This document shows positions 17,388 to 20,000 of a stretch of 20,000 bases of DNA, in pieces; position 1 is the stretch's first letter, and every line of letters starts with the position of its first letter. The position numbers and the translations under genes are program-made. Below the pieces are notes generated by a model. That model saw nothing but the letters and a program-made list of their open reading frames with translations, did no database searches and was not told where the DNA came from. This DNA comes from a bacterium. Its GTDB lineage: Bacteria; JADJOY01. The stretch is from assembly GCA_046331705.1 (NCBI GenBank), contig JAXLQJ010000004.1:238281-258280 (forward strand), in the 5' to 3' direction.

Positions 17388-17915
17388 ATGAGCGCCGTCG
17401 GCCAATACTTCCGAAACATTCGCGACGGGATCGGATCCACCCTGACCGGGATGCGGATCACGTTCACGCACCTGGTGGCGCGCGAGCCGATCACGATCCA
17501 GTATCCGGACCGGATCCCCAAGCCCATCCCCGAGACCTTGCCGCCGCGCTATCGCGGCCACCTGCACGTGGACATGGAGATCTGCATCTCCTGCCGCGCG
17601 TGCGAGTCGGCGTGCCCGATCGACTGCATCACCATCGAGGACGTGAAGATCCAGAAATCCTCGGTGACGGGCGTCGACGGCGACACGAGCCCCAAGGTCC
17701 GCGAGGCCTTCGTCTTCGACATCAACATCGGCAAGTGCATGTACTGCGGGCTCTGTGTCGAGCCCTGTCCCACGGGCGCCATTCACCACACCACCCAATT
17801 CGAGGGCGCCACGTCGAATTTTCGCGACCTGATCCTGCGTTTCGTGCCACCCGAGATGGCGGCGCAGACGCTGGAGAAGGCGCGCGCCCAAGGCTTCAGC
17901 GTCGCCGACGAGTAG
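17388..17915 (+). CDS. nuoI: NADH-quinone oxidoreductase subunit I-like 2x[4Fe-4S] protein, stand-alone
   Basis: GMRITFTHL...PITIQYP...LPPRYRGHL; CISCRACESACP and FDINIGKCMYCGLCVEPCPTGAI. This is NuoI architecture, but no other nuo genes are adjacent. Confidence 0.85.
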   Translation: MSAVGQYFRNIRDGIGSTLTGMRITFTHLVAREPITIQYPDRIPKPIPETLPPRYRGHLHVDMEICISCRACESACPIDCITIEDVKIQKSSVTGVDGDTSPKVREAFVFDINIGKCMYCGLCVEPCPTGAIHHTTQFEGATSNFRDLILRFVPPEMAAQTLEKARAQGFSVADE

Positions 17916-17972
17916 TGCATCGCCGCGGCGTGCCACGGCGACCGGCTGCGTCTCTCGCGCCCTGCGACGCGT

Positions 17973-19634
17973 TCACGGCGTCCCGGCCGGAGCCGGAACG
18001 TTCGCCTGCGGCGGCGCGGCTCCGCGCCCGAGCAGCTCGCGCAGGCGCACGGCGGCGCCGACGTAGCTCGGGTCCACCTCGAGCGTGTTCTGGAACGAGT
18101 GGATCGCAGCCTCGAGATCGCCACGCCGCTGATACGCGATCCCCAGGTTGAAGTGCGCCTCGGCGAGGCCCACGTCGAGGCGAGCGGCCGTGCGTAGCTC
18201 GTCGATCGCTTCGTCGAGGCGATCCTGCAGGATGCGCAGCCCACCCAGATTCACGTGCACGCGCGGCTCGTCGGGCTTGAGGCGCGCGGCCTCGCTCAGG
18301 TGACGATCGGCAGCGGCGAGCGAGCCCGCCTGTGCCTCGAGCCGGCCGAGGTTGAGGTGCGCGAGCCAGGCATCGGGGTTCTTCGCCAGCGTGTCGCGCC
18401 AGATCGTGGCTTCGTCGCGGTAGGCGTGGGCTTGCTGCCAGGTGGCGAGCCCGGCTCCCGCGAGCACGGCGATCGCCACGAGGCGCCACCCGGACGCCGA
18501 GGCACCGCGACCACGCTCGCGCCCGGTCACCGCCAACGCACCCAGGCTTCCCAGGCCGGCGAGCAGCGCGGCGCTCGCGTGGTACTGGAAATGATCGGCC
18601 ACGAACGAGAAGCGCATCGGATAGAAATCGACGAAGCCGAGCGCCGGCGACAGGCTCACGGCATAGACCGCGAGCGTGGCCAACGGGCCGAAGCCGATCC
18701 GCCGACGCGCCGCGAGCAACACCGCCCCGACGGCGAGCACCGAGAGCGGCCACGCCAGGTTGATGCCGCGCGACCAGGTCACGTCCCAGCGCGGATACAC
18801 GAAGATCAGCGGGTGCGGCCAGAGCAGCTTCCCCGCGTAGAACCACAGCGCCCGCGCCGCGATCACGGCGCGGTCGAGCACGCCGAGATGCCAGTCCTGG
18901 CCCGCGGCACCGACGTGGTGTTTCTCGAGCCACGCCGTCAGCGACGCCATGAGCACGCCCACCACCAGGAAGGGCACCAGCGGCAGCAGCTCGCCGCGGC
19001 TCGCGCGGCGGCGTTTCCACAGCACCACGATCGCGAGCGCCACGGGCAGCGTCACCGTGACGCTCTTGCTCAAGAGCGCGCACACGAAGAGCGTCAGCGC
19101 CGCGTAATACCAGCGGCGTGCCACGGGGACGAGCGCCGGCGCCGCGGCGTCGGTGGCGCGGAAGTACGCGAGCGCGGTCGCGAAATAGAAGACCCCCGAG
19201 AGCACGTTCTTGCGCTCGGTCACCCAGGCGACCGACTCGACGTGCACCGGATGGAGCGCGAAGAGCGCGGCGGCGAAGCCGGCACCGCGGATGCCGAGCC
19301 GCAGCAGCAGTCGCCAGAAGAGCAACGCGCCGAGCAAGTGCAGGAGCACGTTGTCGAGGTGGTAGCCGAAGGGCGCGAAGCCCCACAGCCGGTGCTCGAT
19401 CCAGTAGCTCGTGTGGACGAGCGGGTAGTACTGCGGCGTCGCGAAGCCGTTCGCCCAGATCTCCCACAAGCCGGACGCGCTCGTGAGCGTGGGGTTCTGC
19501 GTGACGTACTTGTCGTCGTCCCAGATGTAGCCCGCGCCGAGCGCCGGGAGGTACGCGACCAGCGTGGCCGCCGCCACGAACGGCGCCGCCCACGACATCC
19601 GCGGCGCTGCATCGTCACTCGTCGTATCGCTCAC
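17973..19634 (-). CDS. TMTC-like multi-pass membrane glycosyltransferase (GT-C type) with C-terminal TPR repeats
   Basis: YLPALGAGYIWDD, QYYPLVHTSYW, YHLDNVLLH, LFALHPVHVESVAWVTERKNVL, LLSKS, FYAGKLLWP, ADHFQY, then TPRs (AHLNLG, VHVNLG, AHFNLG). Likely GTG start at 19634, 13 nt after the upstream stop. Confidence 0.88.
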   Translation of the reverse strand: MSDTTSDDAAPRMSWAAPFVAAATLVAYLPALGAGYIWDDDKYVTQNPTLTSASGLWEIWANGFATPQYYPLVHTSYWIEHRLWGFAPFGYHLDNVLLHLLGALLFWRLLLRLGIRGAGFAAALFALHPVHVESVAWVTERKNVLSGVFYFATALAYFRATDAAAPALVPVARRWYYAALTLFVCALLSKSVTVTLPVALAIVVLWKRRRASRGELLPLVPFLVVGVLMASLTAWLEKHHVGAAGQDWHLGVLDRAVIAARALWFYAGKLLWPHPLIFVYPRWDVTWSRGINLAWPLSVLAVGAVLLAARRRIGFGPLATLAVYAVSLSPALGFVDFYPMRFSFVADHFQYHASAALLAGLGSLGALAVTGRERGRGASASGWRLVAIAVLAGAGLATWQQAHAYRDEATIWRDTLAKNPDAWLAHLNLGRLEAQAGSLAAADRHLSEAARLKPDEPRVHVNLGGLRILQDRLDEAIDELRTAARLDVGLAEAHFNLGIAYQRRGDLEAAIHSFQNTLEVDPSYVGAAVRLRELLGRGAAPPQANVPAPAGTP

Positions 19635-19647
19635 GCCGAGTCGCGCC

Positions 19648-20000
19648 TCATCGCTCGGTGAGCTCGGTGAGCTCACTGGGCTCGGCGGACTCGGAGCCCG
19701 CCGTCTCCACGGGCAAGCGCACCTGGAACGTCGCGCCGCGCCCCAGGCTGCTCGCAACCGTGAGCGTCCCGTCCATGCGCTCGGTGAGCTTGCGCGCCAG
19801 CGACAGCCCGAGACCCGTGCCGCCGAAGCGACGCGTGATCGAGCCGTCGACCTGACGGAACTCCTCGAAGATCATCTCGTGGTGCTCGTCGGCGATGCCA
19901 ATGCCGCTGTCCTCCACCTCGAGCTCGAGCTCGGCGGGCCGCGCGCCATCCGCGCGGGCGCGGGTACGCGCTCGCACCTCGATCCGACCGCCCTCGGGAG
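19648..20000 (-). CDS. Sensor histidine kinase, C-terminal HATPase domain (partial; gene begins beyond the window)
   Basis: PEGGRIEV...VEDSGIGI...IFEEFRQVDGSITRRFGGTGLGLSLARKLTERMDG...GRGATFQVRLP. Confidence 0.93.
   Translation of the reverse strand, partial: PEGGRIEVRARTRARADGARPAELELEVEDSGIGIADEHHEMIFEEFRQVDGSITRRFGGTGLGLSLARKLTERMDGTLTVASSLGRGATFQVRLPVETAGSESAEPSELTELTER

Noticed and set aside
17916-17972. GC-rich imperfect hairpin between the convergent nuoI-like and TMTC-like genes as a bidirectional terminator
   Set aside because: Imperfect stem with no U/A tracts; not distinguishable from background at this GC content.
19653-19677. Short 9-nt tandem repeat encoding ELTELTE at the kinase C-terminus
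   Set aside because: Only about 2.5 units in a disordered tail; no evidence of function.

Overview
Very GC-rich bacterial DNA. Gene content and order suggest a deltaproteobacterial/Myxococcota-like organism; this is an inference. The left ~8 kb is accessory. It holds a 5'-truncated GAF + sigma-54 enhancer-binding protein, a frameshifted Suppressor-of-fused (SUFU)-domain remnant, and a divergent cluster of three CSLREA / choice-of-anchor-Q surface proteins. The leftward one has a Sec signal and a DGFES tail. The two rightward paralogues look like lipoproteins and flank a beta-propeller-like lipoprotein. The shared spacer carries repeated palindromes and a near-consensus sigma-54 site. The right ~12 kb is largely housekeeping: gatC-gatA-gatB-mtnA, a GAF histidine kinase with an atypical H-box, glnE, a stand-alone nuoI-like gene with its own promoter, and on the minus strand a TMTC-like membrane glycosyltransferase/TPR gene and the 3' end of another histidine kinase. 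The best candidate for an undescribed system is the putative sigma-54-regulated CSLREA surface-protein cassette with conserved ends and variable cores. Also notable is a triple-hairpin palindromic element read in frame as a ~70-aa C-terminal extension of GatA.
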